Assembly (NCBI GenBank): GCA_051747585.1
Contig: JBNJGH010000073.1
Span: 1 to 17,104 of the forward strand
DNA length: 17,104 nt
Direction: 5' to 3'
DNA from: Candidatus Rifleibacteriota bacterium
Lineage (GTDB): Bacteria > Muiribacteriota > Ozemobacteria > Ozemobacterales > Ozemobacteraceae
Made by a program: the position numbers and the translations under genes. This document shows, piece by piece, positions 1 through 8,924 of this stretch (position 1 is the stretch's first letter; each line of letters starts with the position of its first letter). The notes under the pieces were generated by a model. That model saw only the letters and a program-made list of their open reading frames with translations. It made no database searches and was not told where the DNA came from.

Positions 1-1
1 G

Positions 2-307
2 CTGAATCCTGTTTTGTTTTTTTCTGAGGCGGTTAACCCGAAAAATAAAAAATTGATTATTGTTCTTCAGGAAAACCTCAGCTTTTTGAAAATTACAATT
101 ACTGAAATTATAGCCAAAGGTGTCGCCAGCCAGGAATTTAAAGACGAAGTTGAACCTGAAATGGCTGCCTCCTGCATAACAGGTATAATTCAGTCTTGCG
201 TAATCAATTGGACAGTAATGCGCTCACAAAAAAATCTCAAAAGCACAACCGGCAACAACATTAAATTCTTTTGTAATCTTTTGCAGCCATCGGAGAATAA
301 AAAATGA
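2..307 (+). CDS. TetR/AcrR family transcriptional regulator, C-terminal part (5'-truncated by window)
   Basis: Frame is open from base 2 (LNPVLFFSEAVNP...), so the TTG at 14 is probably not the true start. The helical pattern 'ITEIIAKGVASQEFKDEVEPEMAASCITGIIQ..VINW' resembles TetR C-terminal ligand domains. Its stop overlaps the RND adaptor start (ATGA, 304-307). The HTH is outside the window. Confidence 0.7.
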   Translation: MNPVLFFSEAVNPKNKKLIIVLQENLSFLKITITEIIAKGVASQEFKDEVEPEMAASCITGIIQSCVINWTVMRSQKNLKSTTGNNIKFFCNLLQPSENKK

Positions 308-1554
308 AACAGGAAACCTCAAAAAAATCCATATTTTTTGCCATTATAGTCTTTTTGGTTTTTGCTTTAATCGCAGCGATATCATTCATAAAATTAAAGG
401 ACTTTCAAGCAACGGCAACAAAGATGCCATCCCCTCCTCTTGCAGTAAAAACAATTGAAGTAAAAGAGGGAGAGATAAAAAGCGCAATTACCGCTCTTGC
501 TACTGTTAAAAGCGCTGCTCAAATACAAATAAAAGCAGAAACGGGGGGCAAAATACTGTCTTTGCCTCTCAGAGAAGGCGATCATGTAGCAAAGGGACAA
601 CTGTTAGCACTAATTGATTCCAGCGAACAAACTACCCGCGTTAAAGCGGCCAAGGCAAAAGCTTCATCGGTAAAAAGCCAGGTTTTTGCTCTTAAATCAG
701 GTCTCGAAGCTTTAAAGAGCCAGAAAAAAGCTCTAATAAATAACCTGAGCTATCTTACAAAAGAGTACAAACGTGCAGAGCGCCTGTTTCAAGAAAATGC
801 CATTTCAGCAAGCAATTATGAAAACGCGAGAAATCGCAAAATAGATGCAGAAAGCAAGCTTACGTCTGTTAAAGCTCAGATCGATTCTCAACAGTCTCAG
901 ATTAATTCAATCAGAGCTCAAAGCAATGCAAGCAATAAAGAGGTTAACCTGCTCGAAATTCAACAGAATTACAACGAGGTAAGATCACCTGTTGAGGGTG
1001 TTATTTCTATGCGACTACAGGAAGAAGGCAGCCTTGTCATGCCAGGTGTACCAATCGTTACAATCGACAAGGGGAACAAAATTAGACTGATAATCAAGCT
1101 TCCCCAGAACTTGGGGCAAAACCTGAAAACCGGGGACTCAATTTTAATCAAAAATCCGATAAAAAAAGAATTCAAAATTACCAGAATTTATCCTTCAGTT
1201 AATCAATTTCGCCAATTGACTTTTGAAGCAGAAGCCGGAACAGACAACTTAACAACTCGGCAGCTGAAATTTGATATGCAGGTTGAAGTAAAAATTGTTC
1301 TAGCAACAACCGGTGGTTCGCTCGTGCCCTCTGAAGCATGTTTTATAAATTTCAACAATCCGGATGAGATTACCCTTTACCTGGTGCAAAACAAACATGC
1401 AACAAGAAAATCTCTTAAACCACTACTTGTCAACGAGAACGGCACAGCCGTCTTTTCACCGAACCAACTTCCACCCGACTCTATTCTAGCTCAAGGATCA
1501 TATCTTGAAAATGTGCGTCTGCCAGCTTCTTTTACCGTCGAGGTTATTAAATGA
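304..1554 (+). CDS. RND efflux transporter periplasmic adaptor (membrane fusion protein)
   Basis: N-terminal TM anchor; lipoyl half-motifs 'IKAETGGKILSLPLREGDHVAKGQLLALID' and 'VRSPVEGVISMRLQEEGSLVMPGVPI' flank a long coiled-coil hairpin; ATGA overlap with the RND permease. Confidence 0.95.
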   Translation: MKQETSKKSIFFAIIVFLVFALIAAISFIKLKDFQATATKMPSPPLAVKTIEVKEGEIKSAITALATVKSAAQIQIKAETGGKILSLPLREGDHVAKGQLLALIDSSEQTTRVKAAKAKASSVKSQVFALKSGLEALKSQKKALINNLSYLTKEYKRAERLFQENAISASNYENARNRKIDAESKLTSVKAQIDSQQSQINSIRAQSNASNKEVNLLEIQQNYNEVRSPVEGVISMRLQEEGSLVMPGVPIVTIDKGNKIRLIIKLPQNLGQNLKTGDSILIKNPIKKEFKITRIYPSVNQFRQLTFEAEAGTDNLTTRQLKFDMQVEVKIVLATTGGSLVPSEACFINFNNPDEITLYLVQNKHATRKSLKPLLVNENGTAVFSPNQLPPDSILAQGSYLENVRLPASFTVEVIK

Positions 1555-4500
1555 GACTCATAACTCTAATTTTAAAACATAAACCATGGTCAATTGCTTT
1601 CTGGCTGCTTATAACAGCCACCGGCCTGCTTTCGTATTTCTTTATGCCGGTCGACTTGTTTCCCGACACTGTAGCGCCCCAGATTGTAACTATGACTGTA
1701 GTTAGAGGCTCTTCTGCCACAGAAGTTAACCGGCAGGTCACAACTCTTATTGACCGTGAATTGAAAGGGCTTCCAAACTTAAAAAAGGTTATTTCCACCT
1801 CTAAAGACGAAGTTTCTTCTGTCAATGCCCAGTTCGAGTTTGGTACAGACATTTCGACAGCAATGACAGATGTCATCAATGCTGTTAACCGAATCAAGGC
1901 AAAACTACCACCCGGAGCGCAAGAGCCTCAATATTTTAGAGTTACCGATGCCAACCGGCCAATTATGACATTGGCAATTTCGCCGGCTCCGGATTCTTCT
2001 TACGATCTCAGAGCAATAAGATTATTAGCGGAAAACGATCTTAAAGAAGCTTTTCTTCGATTAGATGGTGTAGGGAAAGTTGATGTGTTTGGAGCCAACG
2101 ACCCTGAAATACTTATAAGATTAAATCTAAATCAACTGCGCAAATTTCATTTGAACCCCTCGACGGTTCTAAAAAAAATAGGGGCACAAAATGTTTCAAT
2201 TCCGGGGGGCTATTTTGAAAACAACGGCAAAGAGTCGCTGGTCAAAACTTTAAGCGAATCGTATCGCCCCGAAGAACTCGATCATATTGTTATAGCCAAT
2301 CTAAACAATTCAATAATAAAGCTTGCCGATATTGCCTCCACTACATTGACAACCAAAATACGCCGCAGCATCTATCATGGCAACGGCAAAGAAGCAATTG
2401 CCATGAACATCTTAAAACCTGAAGGCGGCTATGCAGTCAAAGGTATCAATAAAAGCAAAGAGCTGATAAAAAAGCTGCAAAAACAGTACCCGGAACTTGA
2501 GTTTGCCGTAACCACCGATCAGGAACCAATTATTTCGATAAATATTGCCGGAATGCAAAGTGCATTATTTTCGGCAGTCTGGATGACGATGCTCATGGTC
2601 TTCATTTTTCTGGTTGACCTTAGAACATCGTTAATAATAGGAGTTTCTTTGCCCCTGTCTTTTTTGACTGCCTACGCGGTTCTCTATTTTACCCCGTTCA
2701 CGATAAACATGGTAACCCTGTCAGGTCTTATAATTGCCGTAGGTATGGTAGTCGATGCGGCCATTGTCGTTGTTGAAAATGTGTATCGCCACTTTGAAGA
2801 CGGTGAAAGTGGGCAGGAAAGCATTGCCAGAGCAACAGGTGAGGTAATTTTTTCAATCTGGGGCGGCATGCTCACAACTATTGCAGTTATGATACCGATA
2901 ATGTTTGTTGGCGGATTCCCTCAACAAATTTTGCGCCCGTTAACCATAACAATCAGCTCTACTTTATCCGGCTCTTTTCTTGCGGCACTAACCGTAGTCC
3001 CCATAATGATCCTTTTACTTTTCTCGGGAAAAAGTCTTCAATCCGAAAGCGGTAGCTTTACAAGCAAGCTTAACAAGCTGGTAGAAAAGCTTCTGGGGAA
3101 ACTGGCATCAGTATATCTCAGTCTTCTGCGAGCAGGCTTAAACCATAGATTATGGGTGATAATAGGCGCTTTCGTTCTACTGGCTGTTACTGCACGATTG
3201 GTTATACCAACTATAGGTCGCGAACTTATGCCAAGAATGGATACCGGTCAAATAATTATCAAAGCCGACCTTCCCTCTTCGATGAACGCCGAGGATGTAA
3301 AAAAAACCATCGATAAAATAGAAAAGGTTATAAAAAGCAATCCACATGTTTTGACAATTTCTACCGTGGCAGGTTCCGAACCCGGCCAGGTTAGTTTTGG
3401 CGCAGGCGGACAACTTTTACAACAAATAAATATTCAGGTGAGACTTACTACCAGAGACAAAAGAGTACAAACAATATGGGAAATCAATCGTGACTGGCGA
3501 GAAAAACTTTCCCGAATTCCAGAGCTGATTTCATTTTCGGTTACCGAATTTGGTGCGACACCAATGGCAACAACCAGAGCGCCCATAGACGTTATGATCA
3601 GCGGCCGAGATCAAGATATTTTATATCGCCTGGCAGAAAAAATTGACACCAGGCTAAGAGAAATAAAAGGGCTCAATGATCTGCAATTCACCTGGACTAA
3701 AAGCAAGCCCGAAACCCACTTTATTCCTGATTTAAAGTTTACCAATCGCTATAATATCAGTCCCGCAGAAATTGGCGAATTTCTCAGCCTGGTATTCAAT
3801 GGCCGCAATATTTCTTACCTCAAACTCGAAGGTTTTGTAGATATTCCGATCAGGGCCGAAATTGGACTTAACGGAAAAAGGTGGCACCAGAACCTCGGGA
3901 AACTTGCTCTGCCTGGAGCAAAAGGCGACCTGTTTTTGAGCTCATTAGGCGAAACCAGACCAGTTTTACAACCAACCCTGGTTACCAGAGAAAACCTGAA
4001 CCAAACCATTGATATAACCGGTATAAATTCTGTTTTACCTTTATCTACCGTAGCTGATGAAGTGCAAAAATCAGTTGATAAGGTACAAATGCCTGCGGGC
4101 TATAAAGCCGAAATAACCGGATCCATGGCCGACATGCAGGAAACCGGCGAAAGACTGGGCAAAGGTCTGGTTATTGGCATAATAATGCTATATATTGTTC
4201 TGTTTTTGTTATTTGAATGTTGGTGGCGACCATTTCTGGTTATGGGTGCCATTCCTCTTTCGCTCATAGGTGCATTATGGGGTCTGGTAATTTTTGACAA
4301 ACCAATGTGTATGCCGGCAATGATGGGAATAATTCTGCTTGGCGGGACGATTGTGAACAATGCGATTATTTTAATCGACTTTATTGATAACGCCATCGAA
4401 GAGGGCATGGAATTGCAAAAAGCTCTGGAAACATCGGTTAGAATAAGGTTACGCCCGATTCTGATCACAACCTGTTCTACAATTATAGGCATGTTGCCAT

Positions 4501-4652
4501 TAACTTTCGAGCAGGCTGTAGGCCTGGAAAGAATGTCTCCACTTGGTGTTGTGGCCTCTTTTGGTTTGTTAACCGGAACCCTCATGACACTTGTTGTTAT
4601 ACCCATAGCCTATGACTTAATATTCAGCTTAAAATCCCGCCTGGCACAATGA
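1551..4652 (+). CDS. RND efflux transporter permease, AcrB/AcrD/AcrF family
   Basis: 1033 aa; 'MPVDLFPDTVAPQI' after TM1, TM4 'GMVVDAAIVVVEN', TM10 'GTIVNNAIILIDF', TM11 'RLRPILITT'; two large periplasmic loops. Confidence 0.97.
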   Translation: MRLITLILKHKPWSIAFWLLITATGLLSYFFMPVDLFPDTVAPQIVTMTVVRGSSATEVNRQVTTLIDRELKGLPNLKKVISTSKDEVSSVNAQFEFGTDISTAMTDVINAVNRIKAKLPPGAQEPQYFRVTDANRPIMTLAISPAPDSSYDLRAIRLLAENDLKEAFLRLDGVGKVDVFGANDPEILIRLNLNQLRKFHLNPSTVLKKIGAQNVSIPGGYFENNGKESLVKTLSESYRPEELDHIVIANLNNSIIKLADIASTTLTTKIRRSIYHGNGKEAIAMNILKPEGGYAVKGINKSKELIKKLQKQYPELEFAVTTDQEPIISINIAGMQSALFSAVWMTMLMVFIFLVDLRTSLIIGVSLPLSFLTAYAVLYFTPFTINMVTLSGLIIAVGMVVDAAIVVVENVYRHFEDGESGQESIARATGEVIFSIWGGMLTTIAVMIPIMFVGGFPQQILRPLTITISSTLSGSFLAALTVVPIMILLLFSGKSLQSESGSFTSKLNKLVEKLLGKLASVYLSLLRAGLNHRLWVIIGAFVLLAVTARLVIPTIGRELMPRMDTGQIIIKADLPSSMNAEDVKKTIDKIEKVIKSNPHVLTISTVAGSEPGQVSFGAGGQLLQQINIQVRLTTRDKRVQTIWEINRDWREKLSRIPELISFSVTEFGATPMATTRAPIDVMISGRDQDILYRLAEKIDTRLREIKGLNDLQFTWTKSKPETHFIPDLKFTNRYNISPAEIGEFLSLVFNGRNISYLKLEGFVDIPIRAEIGLNGKRWHQNLGKLALPGAKGDLFLSSLGETRPVLQPTLVTRENLNQTIDITGINSVLPLSTVADEVQKSVDKVQMPAGYKAEITGSMADMQETGERLGKGLVIGIIMLYIVLFLLFECWWRPFLVMGAIPLSLIGALWGLVIFDKPMCMPAMMGIILLGGTIVNNAIILIDFIDNAIEEGMELQKALETSVRIRLRPILITTCSTIIGMLPLTFEQAVGLERMSPLGVVASFGLLTGTLMTLVVIPIAYDLIFSLKSRLAQ

Positions 4653-4659
4653 ATTGTCT

Positions 4660-4688
4660 TTGACCAGAAAAGTTTGCTGAGTTAGAAT
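4660..4688 (+). promoter_or_regulatory. sigma70-type promoter for the glycosyltransferase pair
   Basis: TTGACC (4660-4665), 17-nt spacer, TAGAAT (4683-4688), ending 31 nt upstream of the ATG at 4720. Confidence 0.7.
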
Positions 4689-4719
4689 TGGCGCAATTCA
4701 ATAAAAAGAAACAGGCATA

Positions 4720-6582
4720 ATGAATCAAAGAGTAAAGTTCTGGCTGAAACTATCTTTAGCAGCAGTCATATTGTATTCCGGCACTTTTCTATATTTTTTC
4801 TGGCAGACTCCGCTTGGTATGACCCCTGTGCTTGATGGTGCCGAAAATATAATTCTAGCTGACCAGATTTTTAAAAACACCCTCAAAGAAGAGCCTTTTT
4901 ACCGGGCAATGCTTTATCCGGCTTATTTAGCGGCATTCAGATTCATTGGTTTTACAGTCGAAGATCTTAACGGCGTAGCAGCAGTATCGGGAATTCTTTT
5001 TCATATTCTTAACTCATTATTATGTGGTTACCTGGCCATGTTGCTCTGGAACTCCAATAGAGCCCTTATCGCAGGAATACTGCTTTACGGCTTTTACCCT
5101 GTGGCTCTTCATTTTGCAGCCGACCCACTTGATATAACCATGGCAATTTTCTTTTTATTGGCAAGTTCGATTCTGCTGGTCAAATTTCTGGCAAAACATG
5201 ATTATAAAATCGGTATTGCTTCGTGCTTGCTGATGGGCCTGGGTATATTATTCAGGCCGAATCTTTTACCGGCTGTGGCAATTTATTTGATACTTATGAT
5301 TAAAAGTTCTGCCAAAAAAGCGCTCTTAGCTGGTGTTATTAGTCTTGTAACGATTTTATCAGCCGGTGGTCTTATAAATTACCTTCATAGTGGTGACTTT
5401 CGTATTTTACCATGGCAGGGCGGTTTTAATCTTTATGCCGCGAACTACGATGGTGCCAACGGAAAATTTTTTCAGCAAACCTTGATGCTGACAGACCGCG
5501 AGCTAGGCAAGAATCCAGCCAGACTTGAATCTGAAATTTTATATCTAAAAGATAGCGAAAATGAGCGGCCCATAAAAGTAGATGAATTCAACAAATACTG
5601 GCGCAATCGCTTTTGGCAGGCAATAACGGACAAACCAACCGAATGGTTTAAATTAATGCTGAAAAAAATCTATTATTTATTTAATAATTTTGAGCAGTAT
5701 AACAACAAGACCTATAGTTTTCATAAAAACTTATCAATTGTTTTACGCTACAACCCACTGTGTTTTGGCATTATTCTGCTGTTGGCCGCCATTTCAGTTT
5801 TTAACAAACCTTCAAGCAATAAAAAATCGGCTATTTTATATCTCTTGTTTTTTCTTTCTATCGGAGTTTTAGCTTTTTATGTCAGCGGTCGTTTCAGATT
5901 TTTGATTGTTCCGCTGCTCATATCTTTTGCTGCAGGAGCTTTTACAGTTCCCCTGAAACTGATTGCAAACAAAAATAATTTGATTCTTGTTCTAGTTACC
6001 GCTTTTATAACTTTCAGCGGTTTTGCCGGCGCCAATGACACTTCAACCTATAATTCGGACCGCTTGCTTCTGGCACACGCTTGTGCACGCCTGGAAAAGG
6101 ATCGAGAACAAATAAAGTGGGCCAATGAAGTATTAAAAAATCATCCTGAAAATATAATCGCCATAAGAGTTAAGCTGGTAGGATTCACCAATCTTGCACT
6201 TGCCGGTAAACTGAAAAAAAGAAATGAATGGGATCAGATAAAGAGTGAAATGGAGTTTCTTAACAATAAAAAAATAAACTTTTTTGACACCCTCTTTATT
6301 TCAGGCTGTTATGCCTACCGAATAGAAAATAATCGACAAAAAGCGATAAAACTCTGGCAGGCCGGGCTTGAACAATCTTCGCAAAAGGATCTTTTTACAG
6401 CCGCTCTTTTACTAACTAAGGCAATAAAACCCCAGGAGACAATGCTTAAAGCAGCTCAAAATTCTCCTCTTTTGTGGTATGCTCTGGTGCAAACCGGTTT
6501 AATAAAACCCGAAAAAACCAATGAAATGAAAACCAGTATTCAAGCAATCAAATTTTTGCTGGGAATAGACAACAGGGGATAA
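4720..6582 (+). CDS. ArnT/PMT-like (GT-C fold, GT83/GT39-like) integral membrane glycosyltransferase with helical, possibly TPR-like, C-terminal domain
   Basis: About 11-13 hydrophobic segments; Asp in the first external loop ('PVLDGAEN') then 'PFYRAMLYPAYLA'; 'FRPNLL', 'GGFNLYAAN' and 'GRFRFLIVP' are motifs typical of GT-C enzymes; adjacent to a polyprenol-P sugar synthase-like GT2. Confidence 0.75.
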   Translation: MNQRVKFWLKLSLAAVILYSGTFLYFFWQTPLGMTPVLDGAENIILADQIFKNTLKEEPFYRAMLYPAYLAAFRFIGFTVEDLNGVAAVSGILFHILNSLLCGYLAMLLWNSNRALIAGILLYGFYPVALHFAADPLDITMAIFFLLASSILLVKFLAKHDYKIGIASCLLMGLGILFRPNLLPAVAIYLILMIKSSAKKALLAGVISLVTILSAGGLINYLHSGDFRILPWQGGFNLYAANYDGANGKFFQQTLMLTDRELGKNPARLESEILYLKDSENERPIKVDEFNKYWRNRFWQAITDKPTEWFKLMLKKIYYLFNNFEQYNNKTYSFHKNLSIVLRYNPLCFGIILLLAAISVFNKPSSNKKSAILYLLFFLSIGVLAFYVSGRFRFLIVPLLISFAAGAFTVPLKLIANKNNLILVLVTAFITFSGFAGANDTSTYNSDRLLLAHACARLEKDREQIKWANEVLKNHPENIIAIRVKLVGFTNLALAGKLKKRNEWDQIKSEMEFLNNKKINFFDTLFISGCYAYRIENNRQKAIKLWQAGLEQSSQKDLFTAALLLTKAIKPQETMLKAAQNSPLLWYALVQTGLIKPEKTNEMKTSIQAIKFLLGIDNRG

Positions 6583-6583
6583 A

Positions 6584-8002
6584 ATGTTTTTTACTAAAAA
6601 AAAGTTAATTTCGGTTATAATTCCTGTTTTTAACGAGCGGCCCTTTATAAGAGAATGTGTGCTTAAAGTAAACAGGGCCGCAGAGAAGGCCGGTCTAGGT
6701 ACGGAAATAATTATTATTGATGACGCTTCGACCGATGGCACGATTGAAGAACTCCAACAACTGCAGCAGAAGCACAATGAAATTATAGTTTTTCGTCAAC
6801 CTGAAAATATGGGCAAAGGAGCTGCGCTACAACGAGGCATCAAAGAAGCTACCGGTGAGTATATTCTTTTTCAGGATGCCGATCTGGAATACAATCCCGA
6901 AGATATTCTTCCCCTTTTACAACCTTTGCTCAAAGGCCAGGCTGATGTAGTTTACGGCTCAAGGTTCACTATAAGTCCGGCCCGAAAAATACTCAATTTT
7001 CATCATCAGGCCGGCAACCAGTTTTTAACTCTTCTAAGCAATCTAGCCACCGGTCTAAATCTAACCGACATGGAAACAGGATATAAAGCTTTCAGGGCTG
7101 ATATTTTAAAAACCCTTCCTTTAAGATCAAAAAGATTCGGCATAGAGCCTGAAATAACTGCCAAAATTGCAAAGCGGCACTGCATAATATACGAGGTGCC
7201 TGTTTCTTACAATGGCCGCAGCTATGGCGAGGGCAAAAAAATAACCTGGCGTGACGGCCTGGCGGCGATTTATACAATTCTAAAATACTGGCTTATCGAC
7301 GACTGTTATAACAAAGAACAGATTGCAGAAACTTATAATGACTTAGAAAGAACTCATCATGCTCAAGAACAGCTGATTCTGAGGTTAATTCCTTTTTTTG
7401 GTGATCGACTGCTTGAAATTGGCTCGGGAATCGGCAGTATAAGCAGAGTATTACCTATAAGAGAAGAAATTACTTTATCAGATTGGCGGGAAGAGTATCT
7501 CGACTACCTTAACAAAGGTTTCAGTGGCAAAAAAAGAACCAGAATTATAAAGCTTGATTTTAAAGACAACAAAGAGATTAAAGCCAACAATGAAAAGTTT
7601 GATTCTGTTCTTTTTCTTCACCAGCTTCAATTTTGCGAAAACGAAAACCAGGTATTGCAGAATCTTAACAAGCTGTTACAACACAAAGGAAGGCTGCTGC
7701 TCTCAGTGCCAAATATAGTCAGTTACTCTAACTATGAAAAAAATCTTGGCTACAAACGCAGATATGACATACAACAACTCAACCAGCTTCTTGAACAAAA
7801 TGGCTTTAAAATTTTACATAGCTTTACAGCCAATCTACCGGCTAAGATCATTTGGCAACAGATAATTTTGAAAAAATCATATGCAAATTTGCCACTTTTA
7901 TGGGCCAAAATTTCAGACAGCCTGGTAAAGCGAACCTCATTTATAGAAAGCTACTTTAAAACAGAAGGGCTTTCCCTGGTTTGTATCGCAGAAAGGTTAT
8001 GA
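6584..8002 (+). CDS. Fusion: DPM1-like GT2 glycosyltransferase (polyprenyl-phosphate sugar synthase type) + class I SAM-dependent methyltransferase
   Basis: GT2 motifs 'SVIIPVFNE', 'IIDDASTDGT', 'NMGKGAAL', 'QDADLEYNP', 'VVYGSRF', 'TDMETGYKAFR', 'FGIEPEIT', 'YGEGKKITWRDG'; C-terminal SAM motif I 'LLEIGSGIGSI' and 'GRLLLSVP'. Confidence 0.9.
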   Translation: MFFTKKKLISVIIPVFNERPFIRECVLKVNRAAEKAGLGTEIIIIDDASTDGTIEELQQLQQKHNEIIVFRQPENMGKGAALQRGIKEATGEYILFQDADLEYNPEDILPLLQPLLKGQADVVYGSRFTISPARKILNFHHQAGNQFLTLLSNLATGLNLTDMETGYKAFRADILKTLPLRSKRFGIEPEITAKIAKRHCIIYEVPVSYNGRSYGEGKKITWRDGLAAIYTILKYWLIDDCYNKEQIAETYNDLERTHHAQEQLILRLIPFFGDRLLEIGSGIGSISRVLPIREEITLSDWREEYLDYLNKGFSGKKRTRIIKLDFKDNKEIKANNEKFDSVLFLHQLQFCENENQVLQNLNKLLQHKGRLLLSVPNIVSYSNYEKNLGYKRRYDIQQLNQLLEQNGFKILHSFTANLPAKIIWQQIILKKSYANLPLLWAKISDSLVKRTSFIESYFKTEGLSLVCIAERL

Positions 8003-8686
8003 ATCGGCGGACCAATGATAATCTTCAATCGAGATTTTATGGGGAATTTTAAGCTTTCCGTCAACAAAATCTATACCAAATAAAGTCGAAACGGAAAAAA
8101 ACTTTGCCGGATCTTTATCTGAAGTAATTCTAAGAATTCCTGTCTTTACAATTACTTCTCCTGAACCAATTTCGGAGTTAAAAATCATCTTGAAATTCAC
8201 TTTACCGGGATTAACACATATTCCATCAGTGATCACTCTAAGATGCCTGCTATTGGTGGAACTGGTTTCTATATCAATTTCACCTCCGTAAAGATAGCAG
8301 TTTACTAAATCGGGCCATTTTGATCCGTATGGAGTTATCAGTATTTCAGTTTCAGGGTGAAGTTTTAAGATTGTATTTTTATTGACGCTTAAAACAGTAT
8401 ACCCCTGCATGGAAGTCTTAAAGTAACCAAACGACGCGATTCCGGGCTTCAAACTGGTTAATTCTTTTTTGGAACAAACCTTATATGACTCTCCCTTTAC
8501 TTCGAGCACTTTAATTCCAGGCATATCATTACTGGAAGAAGCAATTTTTTTTATACAATCGGGAACTTTTCCTGAGTCAATTTCAGCAACTTTATCAACA
8601 CTATTCCCACTAACGGGATTTATTATAAGAGCAAAGGCCAAAAGGCCTGTTAAACCTACAAGGACAAAAGATATTTTTGCGTTCAT
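7997..8686 (-). CDS. Exported/membrane-anchored protein with FecR-like beta domain
   Basis: N-terminal hydrophobic segment; 'TILKLHPETEILI...LYGGEIDI...LRVITDGICVNPGKVNFKMIF...EVIVKTGILRI' follows the FecR domain pattern; GAGGT RBS just upstream (plus-strand acctc 8691-8695); stop overlaps the convergent GT2 stop. Confidence 0.6.
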   Translation of the reverse strand: MNAKISFVLVGLTGLLAFALIINPVSGNSVDKVAEIDSGKVPDCIKKIASSSNDMPGIKVLEVKGESYKVCSKKELTSLKPGIASFGYFKTSMQGYTVLSVNKNTILKLHPETEILITPYGSKWPDLVNCYLYGGEIDIETSSTNSRHLRVITDGICVNPGKVNFKMIFNSEIGSGEVIVKTGILRITSDKDPAKFFSVSTLFGIDFVDGKLKIPHKISIEDYHWSADS

Positions 8687-8783
8687 GGCGACCTCAATTA
8701 TGTTGCGATTAAAGATGTAAATAAAAAACGACTACCATAAACCCTTATTATTACTAGAACAGCCTTACCGGGTTATTATGCGT

Positions 8784-8811
8784 ATGTTTCCATAAAACTT
8801 CATGGAAACAT
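8784..8811. repeat. Perfect 10-bp inverted repeat ATGTTTCCAT-N8-ATGGAAACAT in the divergent intergenic region (operator or RNA hairpin)
   Basis: Arms at 8784-8793 and 8802-8811, read directly from the sequence. Confidence 0.75.
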
Positions 8812-8823
8812 CTCTTATTATTT

Positions 8824-8831
8824 ATTATAAT
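8824..8831. promoter_or_regulatory. Palindromic ATTATAAT giving overlapping TATAAT -10 boxes on both strands (candidate divergent promoter)
   Basis: TATAAT on + at 8826-8831 and on - at 8829-8824, between divergent genes; -35 matches are weak (TGGAAA 8803-8808 on +). Confidence 0.4.
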
Positions 8832-8924
8832 GATTTATAAACAAAATGTAGTACCTTCCCACAATTAATTTCAAATATCTTAATTGCAAATAACATTAAA
8901 AGCACATATTGAGGTAAATAGTAA

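Noticed and set aside
14..307. ORF track start at TTG 14
   Set aside because: The frame is open back to base 2 and the HTH is missing, so the gene begins before the window.
4100..4606. 168-aa antisense ORF inside the RND gene, and the other short antisense or nested ORFs in the track (e.g. 1547-1897, 15615-15992, 16038-16424)
   Set aside because: They are shadows of well-supported genes, with no recognisable motifs.
8720..8815. Resemblance of the minus-strand leader (ACGCA...CCGGTAAG...TATGGTAG) to a c-di-GMP-I riboswitch
   Set aside because: Lacks GGCAAA, the GNRA tetraloop and the CUAA receptor; kept only as a generic structured region.
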